Source of the DNA: Ignicoccus islandicus DSM 13165
GTDB lineage: Archaea > Thermoproteota > Thermoprotei_A > Sulfolobales > Ignicoccaceae
NCBI RefSeq assembly: GCF_001481685.1
Contig: NZ_CP006867.1
Span: 1,362,665 to 1,394,664, forward strand
DNA length: 32,000 bases
Direction: 5' to 3'
Position 1 is the first letter of the stretch; every line of letters begins with the position of its first letter. The notes under the pieces are model-generated. The model saw only the letters and a list, made by a program, of their open reading frames with translations. It did not search any database and was not told where the DNA came from. Positions 1-8,426 of the stretch are shown here, in pieces. The position numbers and the translations under genes were made by a program.

Positions 1-168
1 CATAGAGTGTGCTCATTTTGTGGTAGAGAAATTGAGCCAGGAACGGGTATAATGTTTGTTAGAAACGATGGATCGATTTTGTGGTTCTGTAGCAGCAAGT
101 GTTTCAAGAACTATAAGATGGGAAGGAAGGCGCGTAAGTTACCTTGGACAGCAAATTACGGAAGGTGA
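1..168 (+). CDS. rpl24e: 50S ribosomal protein L24e (eL24), 5' end cut by the window edge
   Basis: Frame 1 reads [55 protein letters not shown] and ends at TGA 166-168. The CxxC...CxxxC zinc-ribbon pattern and KLPWT tail are typical of eL24. Only a few N-terminal residues are missing. Confidence 0.85.
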   Translation, partial: HRVCSFCGREIEPGTGIMFVRNDGSILWFCSSKCFKNYKMGRKARKLPWTANYGR

Positions 169-175
169 TTGAGTA

Positions 176-622
176 ATGAGCGTCGAATTAGAGTTCGTGA
201 TGATAAAGCCGGATGGAGTTAAAAGAGGGTTAATAGGAGAAATAATCTCAAGAATCGAAAGGAAAGGTTTAAAGATAAAGGCATTGAAAATGATTAAAAT
301 GAGTAAGGAGATGGCAGAGGAACTTTACGCTGAACATAAAGGCAAACCGTTCTTCAATGACTTGGTTGAATACGTTACCTCGGGTCCAGTAGTAGTAATG
401 ATTGTAGAGGGTCCAAAGGCGGTTCAAGTTGTTAGGAAAATGATCGGTGCTACCGACGGCGCTGAAGCTGAACCCGGAAGCATACGCGGTGATTTCGCCT
501 TGAGTAAAGCGAGGAACATAGTTCATGCTACTGACTCACCGGAAAAAGTTGAGAAGGAGGCATCGATATTCTTTAAACTAGACGAACTCGTGGATTACGA
601 TTACCTACACGCGATTTACTAA
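176..622 (+). CDS. ndk: nucleoside diphosphate kinase
   Basis: ATG start. [27 protein letters not shown] and the active-site NIVHATDS motif are classic NDK signatures. Confidence 0.95.
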   Translation: MSVELEFVMIKPDGVKRGLIGEIISRIERKGLKIKALKMIKMSKEMAEELYAEHKGKPFFNDLVEYVTSGPVVVMIVEGPKAVQVVRKMIGATDGAEAEPGSIRGDFALSKARNIVHATDSPEKVEKEASIFFKLDELVDYDYLHAIY

Positions 623-673
623 ACGATTCGTTTTAGTTATTAAACAGAGCAAATAAAGAACCATATTTCATTA

Positions 674-1579
674 TCATTGAACGTTCTCTTCTTTACCTCT
701 AATCGATGCTATCGATTTAGCTAAGTCGACCGTCATTAGTCCTCGCGTAGAAATTGTACATACTTGTGGACGACCCTTCCCCCATATTAGATAGGCTATA
801 CATTCTAGAAGCACTTGGACCTCGGAACTTTCCCATAATATTCTCTTATAAAGTTTGCTCATAAATGGAATTGTTAAAACTTTGACGTTTCTAGCAACTA
901 TATTCATTATTTCATTCATTAATAACCTTCTTTCGTTAACGTCAGTAAGTATTCTCGGAGTTATTTGGTTGATTACGAATATGTCAGGTAGAGTTCCCAT
1001 AGCAGCCTCTGCTATTCTAAGCGTCCTTTCAATCTCGGTAATGCTAGCTTGGGACAGGAGAACACTTCTTGCGTTTAGAGACTCAATAACGCACTTCAAA
1101 ATTGGTATATCTGCGAAACTAGCAGCAGGAGTATCGAAGACTATTAAGTCGTAAAACTCCGATATTTCGAAGAGAGTCTGTGCGACTTTTCGCGCTGCAT
1201 GCGGAATACCATATCTCATTATCTCTTCTGAGTATTTGATTGCTGAATCCAGCGTTCCTGAAGGTATAACGTGTAGTAATCCATCACCAAGAACGTGAGT
1301 GTAGTCATCAAGGGAACCTCCTATTTCTAATACGTCATACCACCCCTTCAAGTTCCTGGCCCGTTCTCCTAAGAAGAATCTCGATGCGCCGTCTCTAAAG
1401 TCAGCATCTATTAGCAGAGTTCGACGCTTACTCTTGAATGCCGAGCTAGCAGCTATTAATGCACTCGTTGTTGACTTTCCTACACCTCCTTTGATGCCCC
1501 ACACAGTAATAACGTTCTCACGCTTAAGCAATGGTTCGCAATGGAACTTTACCTTGCTTTTCTTAATCTTCAATCTCAA
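674..1579 (-). CDS. ParA/MinD-family P-loop ATPase (orphan, no partner gene seen)
   Basis: Deviant Walker A GIKGGVGKST, LLIDAD (Walker A') and DLIVFDTP (Walker B). The ORF starts at TTG, so the N-terminus is uncertain. Confidence 0.8.
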   Translation of the reverse strand: MRLKIKKSKVKFHCEPLLKRENVITVWGIKGGVGKSTTSALIAASSAFKSKRRTLLIDADFRDGASRFFLGERARNLKGWYDVLEIGGSLDDYTHVLGDGLLHVIPSGTLDSAIKYSEEIMRYGIPHAARKVAQTLFEISEFYDLIVFDTPAASFADIPILKCVIESLNARSVLLSQASITEIERTLRIAEAAMGTLPDIFVINQITPRILTDVNERRLLMNEIMNIVARNVKVLTIPFMSKLYKRILWESSEVQVLLECIAYLIWGKGRPQVCTISTRGLMTVDLAKSIASIRGKEENVQ

Positions 1580-1765
1580 TACCTATTCAGATGTCAGCAA
1601 TTCAAGTTATAATACCCTATAGTACCACTATTCCAATTCCCCATATAGTACTTTACTATTTTTAACGTAGATACTAGTTAAAAAAGTATAATTGCGAATT
1701 AAACTTCCGTTCGCAAATTGTTTAAAATTACCTTCGATTTGTATAAACCTAATGGTGTTTTAACA

Positions 1766-3256
1766 ATGATAAAAGCTAAGCTCAAGGAGGCAATAAAGGA
1801 AGGTATTAGGATCGCCGAAACTGCACTGCCTAAGTGGATCTATGATTATTTAGTAGAAGCCTACGAGAATTCGGAAGGTAGAGCTAAAGCCCAGTTAGGG
1901 GCTATCCTAAGAAACATTGAGTTAGCAGTAAAGGAACGTAAGCCTATGTGTCAAGACACAGGTCTTTTGGTATTTAGCATAAAGTTAGGCCGCGACTTCC
2001 CTATCTCTTATAGAGATCTAATAGGAATAATAGAAGAGAGTTTACGTGAAGCTACGTCAGAGATACCAATACGTCCGAACACTATGGATCCCCTTACTGG
2101 ATTTAATCCAGGCGATAATACTGGCAAGGGCATGCCAATTGTCGAGATAGAAGAAATAAACGAGGGCGACGCACTTGAGATATCGATAAGACCGAAAGGC
2201 GGTGGAAGCGAATATCCATCTAAGCTATGCATGATTCCTCCATCAATGGGATTAAAGGGAGTAAAGGAATGCTTGTTTAAAGCAATACTCGATGCTGGAG
2301 GAAAACCGTGCCCCCCTGGAATTGTGAGCGTAGCCTTCGGCGGTACAGTAGAAGAGGCAGTTAAGCTCTCAAAAAGTAACCTATATAGGAAAGGAAAACA
2401 TCTCGAGGAAAGAATAAGCAAGCTTGAAGAGAAATGGAAGCAAGAAATAAACGCCCTTAATATAGGTCCCATGGGACTAGGTGGCACGCCAACGATACTT
2501 GACTTAAAAATAGATTATAATTATCGTCACCCCGCATCTTATCCAGTAGCAGTTACGTTCAACTGTTGGGCTGCTAGGGAATCTCGGATAAGAATAAAGA
2601 GAGATGGCTCATGGGAAGTAATAAGCGAAAACGTAACTAGCAAAGACTTACTTCACATAGAAGACATTAATGTTCAAGCACGTGAACTTAAGCTACCTGT
2701 CGATAGTAACGAGGTAAGAAAATTGAAGGCTGGTGACGTAGTCTACGTTACCGGAACCATAGTTACCGCTAGAGACGAAGCACATAAAAAGATAATTGAA
2801 GAAGGTAAACCTCCAATAGACTTGAAGGGTCTAGCTATTTACCATTGCGGCCCCGTGGTAAAGAAGGAAGGAACTGAATGGAAAGTTATTGCAGCGGGAC
2901 CAACCACTAGCGCTCGAATGAACGAACTGGAAGCGAAAGTCCTTGAAATAACGGGTGCCAAGCTGGTTATAGGTAAAGGTGGAATGAAAAGAGATCTCCT
3001 TGATACGTTCAGTAGGTACGGCGCTGCTTATTTGGCCTTTCCAGGAGGGGCAGCGTTGTTAGCTGCTAAGGCTATAAAGAGAGTCAAGGGAGTATATTGG
3101 TTAGAGGAGTTAGGAATTCCAGAGGCTATGTGGGTCTTTGAGGTTGAAAGGTTTGGTCCGTTAATAGTTGCGATGGATTCCCATGGTAATAGTCTTTATG
3201 AAGAAGTAAACAAGGCGGCAGTAGAAAACGCTAAACGGTACTTAAAGGAAATATAG
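1766..3256 (+). CDS. class I (Fe-S) fumarate hydratase, fused alpha and beta regions
   Basis: MCQDTG and GGGSEYPSK in the N-terminal half, and GTIVTARDEAHKKI and GKGGM in the C-terminal half. I prefer ATG 1766 (MIKAKLKEAI...) over the in-frame TTG at 1718. Confidence 0.9.
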   Translation: MIKAKLKEAIKEGIRIAETALPKWIYDYLVEAYENSEGRAKAQLGAILRNIELAVKERKPMCQDTGLLVFSIKLGRDFPISYRDLIGIIEESLREATSEIPIRPNTMDPLTGFNPGDNTGKGMPIVEIEEINEGDALEISIRPKGGGSEYPSKLCMIPPSMGLKGVKECLFKAILDAGGKPCPPGIVSVAFGGTVEEAVKLSKSNLYRKGKHLEERISKLEEKWKQEINALNIGPMGLGGTPTILDLKIDYNYRHPASYPVAVTFNCWAARESRIRIKRDGSWEVISENVTSKDLLHIEDINVQARELKLPVDSNEVRKLKAGDVVYVTGTIVTARDEAHKKIIEEGKPPIDLKGLAIYHCGPVVKKEGTEWKVIAAGPTTSARMNELEAKVLEITGAKLVIGKGGMKRDLLDTFSRYGAAYLAFPGGAALLAAKAIKRVKGVYWLEELGIPEAMWVFEVERFGPLIVAMDSHGNSLYEEVNKAAVENAKRYLKEI

Positions 3257-3267
3257 ACCCTTTAAAA

Positions 3268-4959
3268 TTACTTGTTTGTTAGTTGTAATAATGTATATAC
3301 ATGCATTGCTGAGAGTTCGTAAAACAGCACGGAACTCGCAGGATCTGATGAAGATAACTTGCGTGCCGAATACTGGTATATCTCAGCGATTACAGGATTT
3401 AATTTATTGGATTTCGCAAGAGATAATGCTATTCCGGAGGCGTATTCACTTTTCTTAAGAACGTTTTCTAAACTAATTGAGTAGTTGACGTGAAGTTCGT
3501 AAGTAAGGATAGCATTCAAGTACATGCCAGCAGCCATCTTTTGAAGAGGGCCTTCGGATGATGCTAGTTTATATATCCCTATGGCCTCTTCACCGCTTCT
3601 GTCTAAGTTTATGTTCATTGCAAGTATGTAGGCCAGAATAGTATTAGCAGAAGAATAGACCGCTTCAGCAGTCTTGGTGAACCTTCCTTTATCTATACTC
3701 TCACCTTTACTGAAAACGTTGGCTAGTTGTAACCACGTTCGTGTTGCAAGAGCGTAGTATTTAGAGTATATTAGATACTGAAGTATGTCGTTTAGTTCCG
3801 TTGAATTGAGTGCTTCGTGATAGTAATACTTTGCACGTAAGTACCTATTTGCTGACGTGAGAAGTATATCTATATGGTTAGAATCAAAGTATTCATAACT
3901 ATATTGGTTAAGTAACCCTCTAACCTCTTTTAAGAGACTCTCTACGTTGTCTGCCAATTCTATTAAGCTCTTAAATCCATTTAGAACCATCTTCTCATAC
4001 CAGTAGGCAGTTTCAGCTCTTATTGCGGCAGTGAACGCGTAGTTTACCGAACTATACACATCAGTAGATCTCAGTTCATCCGCTTTCTCTGCAGCAGTTC
4101 TCGCTTGATCTATTAGTTCAACGCTTACATGCGTGAGGCCTTTAACAGACCTTTCATATTTTCTATACATAGATAGATAGTAATCAACCCAATTCGTCAT
4201 AACGTCTCTTACCTCCTTTGGCAATTCGCTTACCAGTAAGGGTCGAGGTACTATTGGAGGATTGTTTAGCCAGTATCTTAGTGCTTCGAATATTGTTTTC
4301 ACGGGAACTACTTTAACTCCTAATTTCTTACCAAAGTCTATTAAGTTAACTTCTTCAGACTTTATCGTTTTGATTACCCCGAAAGGTGAATTAATGGTAG
4401 TGGCTCTACTGATTGTAGCGTTTTCTTCACCGAATGGTAAGAGGAATACCGTATAACCTTTCTCTGCAGCAGCTTGTAGTTTATAATACGTGCCTCCAAC
4501 GGGCCCTATCGTTCCGTCTGGACTTATCGTACCTGTGCCAGCTACGTTAGTCTTCGGTTTTTGGTTAGTTAACGCTGCGTAAACAGCTACCGTCATTGCC
4601 ATGCCGGCACTCGGTCCGCCTACGATTACGCTAGGAGTCTTGAAGCGAAAGAAGAAGTCATACTTAGTCCAATCCTTCTTTGCTATTGCGGAAGCCACCA
4701 GAACAGCTATTCTTGCTATACCCTGGGTGTCCACTTGGGTTAAAGGTTCCGAAGATACGTAGATAGAACCGGATCCCGGATATGCTACTACTACTGTTAA
4801 GTTTCCGACCACACCTTCCATTCCGTTCTCAGTGAAAGTTACACCGATTACTGGAACAGTTACAGTAGAAGCCTTTTCGTAACACTTACTAAATGCATAG
4901 GCGCTACCACTTGCGAGAAGAATCAAAACGAGTGAAATTGTAAGCGACTTGATACTCAA
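3268..4959 (-). CDS. secreted or membrane-anchored S16 (Lon-type) serine protease domain protein without an ATPase, plus a ~330-aa helical C-terminal region
   Basis: N-terminal signal or anchor LTISLVLILLASGSAYA. Catalytic Ser motif GGPSAGMAM and a downstream Lys in GGTYYKLQAAAEKG (Ser-Lys dyad of the Lon proteolytic domain). No Walker motifs. TTG start. Confidence 0.75.
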   Translation of the reverse strand: MSIKSLTISLVLILLASGSAYAFSKCYEKASTVTVPVIGVTFTENGMEGVVGNLTVVVAYPGSGSIYVSSEPLTQVDTQGIARIAVLVASAIAKKDWTKYDFFFRFKTPSVIVGGPSAGMAMTVAVYAALTNQKPKTNVAGTGTISPDGTIGPVGGTYYKLQAAAEKGYTVFLLPFGEENATISRATTINSPFGVIKTIKSEEVNLIDFGKKLGVKVVPVKTIFEALRYWLNNPPIVPRPLLVSELPKEVRDVMTNWVDYYLSMYRKYERSVKGLTHVSVELIDQARTAAEKADELRSTDVYSSVNYAFTAAIRAETAYWYEKMVLNGFKSLIELADNVESLLKEVRGLLNQYSYEYFDSNHIDILLTSANRYLRAKYYYHEALNSTELNDILQYLIYSKYYALATRTWLQLANVFSKGESIDKGRFTKTAEAVYSSANTILAYILAMNINLDRSGEEAIGIYKLASSEGPLQKMAAGMYLNAILTYELHVNYSISLENVLKKSEYASGIALSLAKSNKLNPVIAEIYQYSARKLSSSDPASSVLFYELSAMHVYTLLQLTNK

Positions 4960-5010
4960 CCTCCGACACGCCCAGACTCTTCAGATTATCTAAGCGATTA
5001 AAGTTTGGTA

Positions 5011-6327
5011 TTAGTCTCCTATCAGCCCATTTAAGATTGTCCTTAGTTGGGTCAAGTCCTTCGCGAAAATCCTAATCATTGCTTCCTTCCCATAGAAACC
5101 TCTATCGTAAATTACTTGGGGTATTTCGTTATACTTGTTATAGACGTACTCTACAAGCCATTTCATAGTCTTCATTCCACGTTGTTGAAGGGATCTATCA
5201 ATCTCAACTACTTTTAACCCCATCTCTCTTAATCTTTGGACATTCTCTTCCGAGTATTTTATATTAATTGCAACTTTGTAATCGCTATATTTCATGGCAT
5301 TAACGAGAAGGCGAGCTAAATGGTTTGAACCACCCCACCACGGACAGTCGCATTTCCTTAAACCTCTCGGAGTCAAATGAAGCCGACCAGGTACACCTAT
5401 TACTGTAGACACACCCCGGGATACTTCTTTTGGAATAGAACAAGCTACATTCAAACCTACCTCTGGCGCAATCTTCTTGGCCTTTTCAAAGGGCAGAGAT
5501 TCAAGCCACTTTATGAAAGCTCTATACTCTTCGTGACATTCAAATCTATAGTAAGCTAACCTAAAACTGGTCAAAACGTCGCCTACGTATCCACCATCTA
5601 AGCTTTTCACGAATCGGTGTACCACTCTCGTATAACCTATAGAGTACCTTGCTGAAGTTATTGGGTCTTTGCCAGAGGCAAGTAAGCTCGTTAGTGATGC
5701 TGCTAAGATGCTTCCGGAACCGTGAATGTTAATTGGTATTCGTTTACCTTTCATTATTAGTTCTTTTCCATTCCATCTAACGTAGTCGATAATATATTCC
5801 TCGTCTGTTCCGAAATGTCCGCCTGTAATTATCACTAGTTCTGGACCCAACTTCTGGAGTTCTTCAGCCGACCACCTTATGTCTTCTATCGAGCGAATTT
5901 TAATACCTAGGATTCTCTCCACTTCTTTTATATTAGGTGTAACTGCGTAAGACCTCTTTAGGAGTTCAAGTAGACTATTCAGCCTTCCAGTATACAATTT
6001 GCCACCAGCAGACGCTTCTAGAACTGGATCAAGAACGACCTTCGATCTAAATTCATCAACTAGGTTAGCAAGCGTATCAGCAATTGCCTCATTACATAGA
6101 GCTCCGACTTTCCATGTATCTACCTTTTCTAGATAGTTTTCCATTTGGGCTAGTAAAACTTCCTTATTAACACACGTTCCTCCAGCGAACATAGAAGTAG
6201 TTTGAAAAGTTATCATTGTAACAATTGGATGGAAATGAACATTGAAAACCTCTCCAACTTTCACATCGGTCTCTATACCGGCTCCAGCCGACGGATCAAG
6301 GCCACCAATGGTAAGTGCTCTTCTCAA
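5011..6327 (-). CDS. thiDN: bifunctional hydroxymethylpyrimidine/phosphomethylpyrimidine kinase and thiamine-phosphate synthase (ThiD-ThiN fusion)
   Basis: The N-terminal LTIGGLDPSAGAGIETDVK is the ThiD signature. The ~170-aa C-terminal extension is typical of the archaeal ThiN domain. TTG start. Confidence 0.85.
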   Translation of the reverse strand: MRRALTIGGLDPSAGAGIETDVKVGEVFNVHFHPIVTMITFQTTSMFAGGTCVNKEVLLAQMENYLEKVDTWKVGALCNEAIADTLANLVDEFRSKVVLDPVLEASAGGKLYTGRLNSLLELLKRSYAVTPNIKEVERILGIKIRSIEDIRWSAEELQKLGPELVIITGGHFGTDEEYIIDYVRWNGKELIMKGKRIPINIHGSGSILAASLTSLLASGKDPITSARYSIGYTRVVHRFVKSLDGGYVGDVLTSFRLAYYRFECHEEYRAFIKWLESLPFEKAKKIAPEVGLNVACSIPKEVSRGVSTVIGVPGRLHLTPRGLRKCDCPWWGGSNHLARLLVNAMKYSDYKVAINIKYSEENVQRLREMGLKVVEIDRSLQQRGMKTMKWLVEYVYNKYNEIPQVIYDRGFYGKEAMIRIFAKDLTQLRTILNGLIGD

Positions 6328-6362
6328 TATAACTCACCAGATAGCCGTGGGGTGTTAGAATA

Positions 6363-7202
6363 ATGAATTTTAGAAAGTATCCAGTGAAAGGGAGCAAAGT
6401 TTGTTTGAAGAGCAATAAAATAGCAGTTCTGCGACGAGAAGGTGGTCTTGCAATTATTGATGTTAATAGCAATAGCGTTAGGTTAATAGGAGGTTTCTTC
6501 GTATTCAAGGACTTTGCATGGGGGACGAACCGAATTGCTGCTTTAACTCATAACGTAGCGATGCTATATGATCACGATGGAACCCTTTATAAAGTAATTA
6601 AGTTCGACAGTGAGGCGTCAACTGTTGCATACCTAAATAATTTCTATTTAGTTGGTACAACTGATGGTAACTTAGTTAAATTCAATGAAGACGGACAAGT
6701 TATCTGGAAGAAGAAAATATGGGATGGTAGCATAGATAGAATAGATCTAACGCAGAGTGGATACATCATAGTGGTCGCATCTTCAACAAATATGGTTCTA
6801 CTTAATCAAAATGGGGATGTGATTACAACTCATAGTTACCAATGGGATCTAACTAGAGTTGCTTGGACCAGTGATTTGAGCTTCCTAGCGGTGCCTGTTC
6901 AAAACTATGTTATTATATATAGATGGGATGAGAAACAAGGGTACGTTAAGGACAAGGAAATTAGAGTAAATAGCGTTAGGAAGCTCAAGTGGTGTGAAAA
7001 TAAACTTGCCATTGCTGATTACAAGGAATTTCTTGTCCTTGAGTACTCTAAATCATCTATATCGTTGCGTCTAAGGCTTGAGGTTATAGACTTCAGTTGG
7101 AATGAAGAATGTAGAGATCTAACCTTACTATCCCCAAATTACCTCTACTACTTGAAAGACGTAAATTCAATTGCAACAAGTATATCATCTTCATCAGCGT
7201 AA
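6363..7202 (+). CDS. PQQ-like/WD40-like beta-propeller repeat protein, function unknown
   Basis: Repeated blades such as GTTDGNLVKFNEDGQVIWKKKI and LLNQNGDVITTH. The 3' end overlaps the convergent channel gene by 55 nt. Confidence 0.6.
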   Translation: MNFRKYPVKGSKVCLKSNKIAVLRREGGLAIIDVNSNSVRLIGGFFVFKDFAWGTNRIAALTHNVAMLYDHDGTLYKVIKFDSEASTVAYLNNFYLVGTTDGNLVKFNEDGQVIWKKKIWDGSIDRIDLTQSGYIIVVASSTNMVLLNQNGDVITTHSYQWDLTRVAWTSDLSFLAVPVQNYVIIYRWDEKQGYVKDKEIRVNSVRKLKWCENKLAIADYKEFLVLEYSKSSISLRLRLEVIDFSWNEECRDLTLLSPNYLYYLKDVNSIATSISSSSA

Positions 7203-8260
7203 TCACTTGGTCTTACGGGTTCAACTTCATTTAAGTTTACGATCTTTGCTATTATGTGGACATATCTCTTATTAAGCTTTGAAAGTCTTTCTGAGAGTTC
7301 AATGACGTTGATTGGAACCTTTCGGCCTATAGGGATAAATTTATTACCTATTTGTGCGAAAGTCATTCCAAATGGTCCACGCTTTAGCTTTATTTCAATG
7401 AGATTAGGTTTACCCTCGGAAAGGGCTGAAAGGAACACAGCCGAAATGGGGTCTTCAAACGATTCCAAGAATAACTTACTTATGTTACTGGATGGTACAA
7501 TTACATCAATTGATAGTAGTTCGCTCAATATTCTATATCCCCTCTTGGAGTAAGCTAACGCTAAAACTGTTGGTGGGAAAAGCCTCCTCATTTCATAGCT
7601 CTTTACTATCAGAGCTATACTGACGCTCTCGTCATCGTCTTTACCACATATTATAATTTTCTTGCAATTATCGATGTCTCCTCTACGATAAGTTTCTAAG
7701 AGGGTTAGCTTTCCCTTTATAACAACTATTTTATAGGATCTTGCCAAAGCTATTAGTTTCTCATCCGTATCCAAGGAAGCAATCCAAACTACTCTGCTCC
7801 TTCCGGAGAGTTCCTTTAACCTTTTAGCTAACTCGACACAAGAAGGCGACGAACCTACGACTAATACATCGCTTCCCTTTACTTTACCACCTCCCTCTCT
7901 CTCAATGATGGTCCTAGTAATCATCTCATGCGAGATCAGACTGACTATTGCGCTTATACTCATGAAACCGACTATTGCTAATGCCATTGCTATTAACTTT
8001 CCAATAAAAGTAGCCGGTACAATATCTCCGTAGCCTACGGTCGTCACTGTTATTATAGCCCAATATATTGCTTTAAACATAGATAATGATTCTACATGTG
8101 AGAATAGTATGCTTATTATTGTGATAGTGAGTATTAGTGCTAGTGTAAGGAGGATTGGTGCCTTACTCAGAGCAGTTGAATAGAACCATATCACTGATAG
8201 CCTAGTAATCTCATAGTACTTTCGTATTATGTATACTAGATTTTTAACTCTCCTTCTCAA
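7148..8260 (-). CDS. two-TM potassium channel with a cytoplasmic RCK/TrkA-like domain (MthK-like)
   Basis: Selectivity filter TVTTVGYGD between two hydrophobic helices. A Rossmann-like VLVVGSSPSCVELAKRLKE follows. TTG start. Confidence 0.88.
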   Translation of the reverse strand: MRRRVKNLVYIIRKYYEITRLSVIWFYSTALSKAPILLTLALILTITIISILFSHVESLSMFKAIYWAIITVTTVGYGDIVPATFIGKLIAMALAIVGFMSISAIVSLISHEMITRTIIEREGGGKVKGSDVLVVGSSPSCVELAKRLKELSGRSRVVWIASLDTDEKLIALARSYKIVVIKGKLTLLETYRRGDIDNCKKIIICGKDDDESVSIALIVKSYEMRRLFPPTVLALAYSKRGYRILSELLSIDVIVPSSNISKLFLESFEDPISAVFLSALSEGKPNLIEIKLKRGPFGMTFAQIGNKFIPIGRKVPINVIELSERLSKLNKRYVHIIAKIVNLNEVEPVRPSDYADEDDILVAIEFTSFK

Positions 8261-8302
8261 TCGCTATCGGAAGGACCTCCGGGGAAGGATAGTTAAACGT
8301 TT

Positions 8303-8358
8303 CGCGATGATGAAGGTTAAAAGCTGTGAACGATGATCGAGGGCCAAGCACTGAGCGG
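8303..8358 (+). ncRNA. candidate C/D-box sRNA (2'-O-methylation guide)
   Basis: C box ATGATGA at 8307-8313 and a 12-nt guide AGGTTAAAAGCT. D'-like GTGA at 8326-8329 and C'-like ATGATCG at 8333-8339. An 11-nt guide AGGGCCAAGCA and D box CTGA at 8351-8354. Short complementary flanks CGC/GCG. It lies in the intergenic region 70 nt upstream of infB. Confidence 0.55.
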
Positions 8359-8426
8359 TAAAGTTACGAACCTACACTTATAACTAATGTCATCAATGAA
8401 CCCAAAGGTAGTGAGGTGAGACTGAA

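Noticed and set aside
269-526. Antisense or alternative-frame ORFs inside well-supported genes. This one lies within ndk. Others lie at 855-1154, 1434-1622, 2008-2487, 3276-3458, 4262-4456, 5377-5559, 6296-6508, 7254-7553, 11171-11455, 11663-12142, 15579-15791, 17389-17667, 19370-19813, 20796-21104, 21125-21382, 22027-23034, 24379-25236, 25748-25960, 27707-27934, 29194-29612 and 30496-31167.
   Set aside because: Each lies opposite, or out of frame with, a gene that has clear family motifs. They have low-complexity or skewed composition and no start-site context, so they are shadow ORFs.
7148-7202. Convergent 3' overlaps of coding regions (55 nt here, 15 nt at 15856-15870 and 12 nt at 27556-27567), considered as possible antisense regulation or mis-annotation.
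   Set aside because: Short convergent overlaps are common in compact archaeal genomes. Nothing in the sequence beyond the overlap itself suggests a special mechanism.
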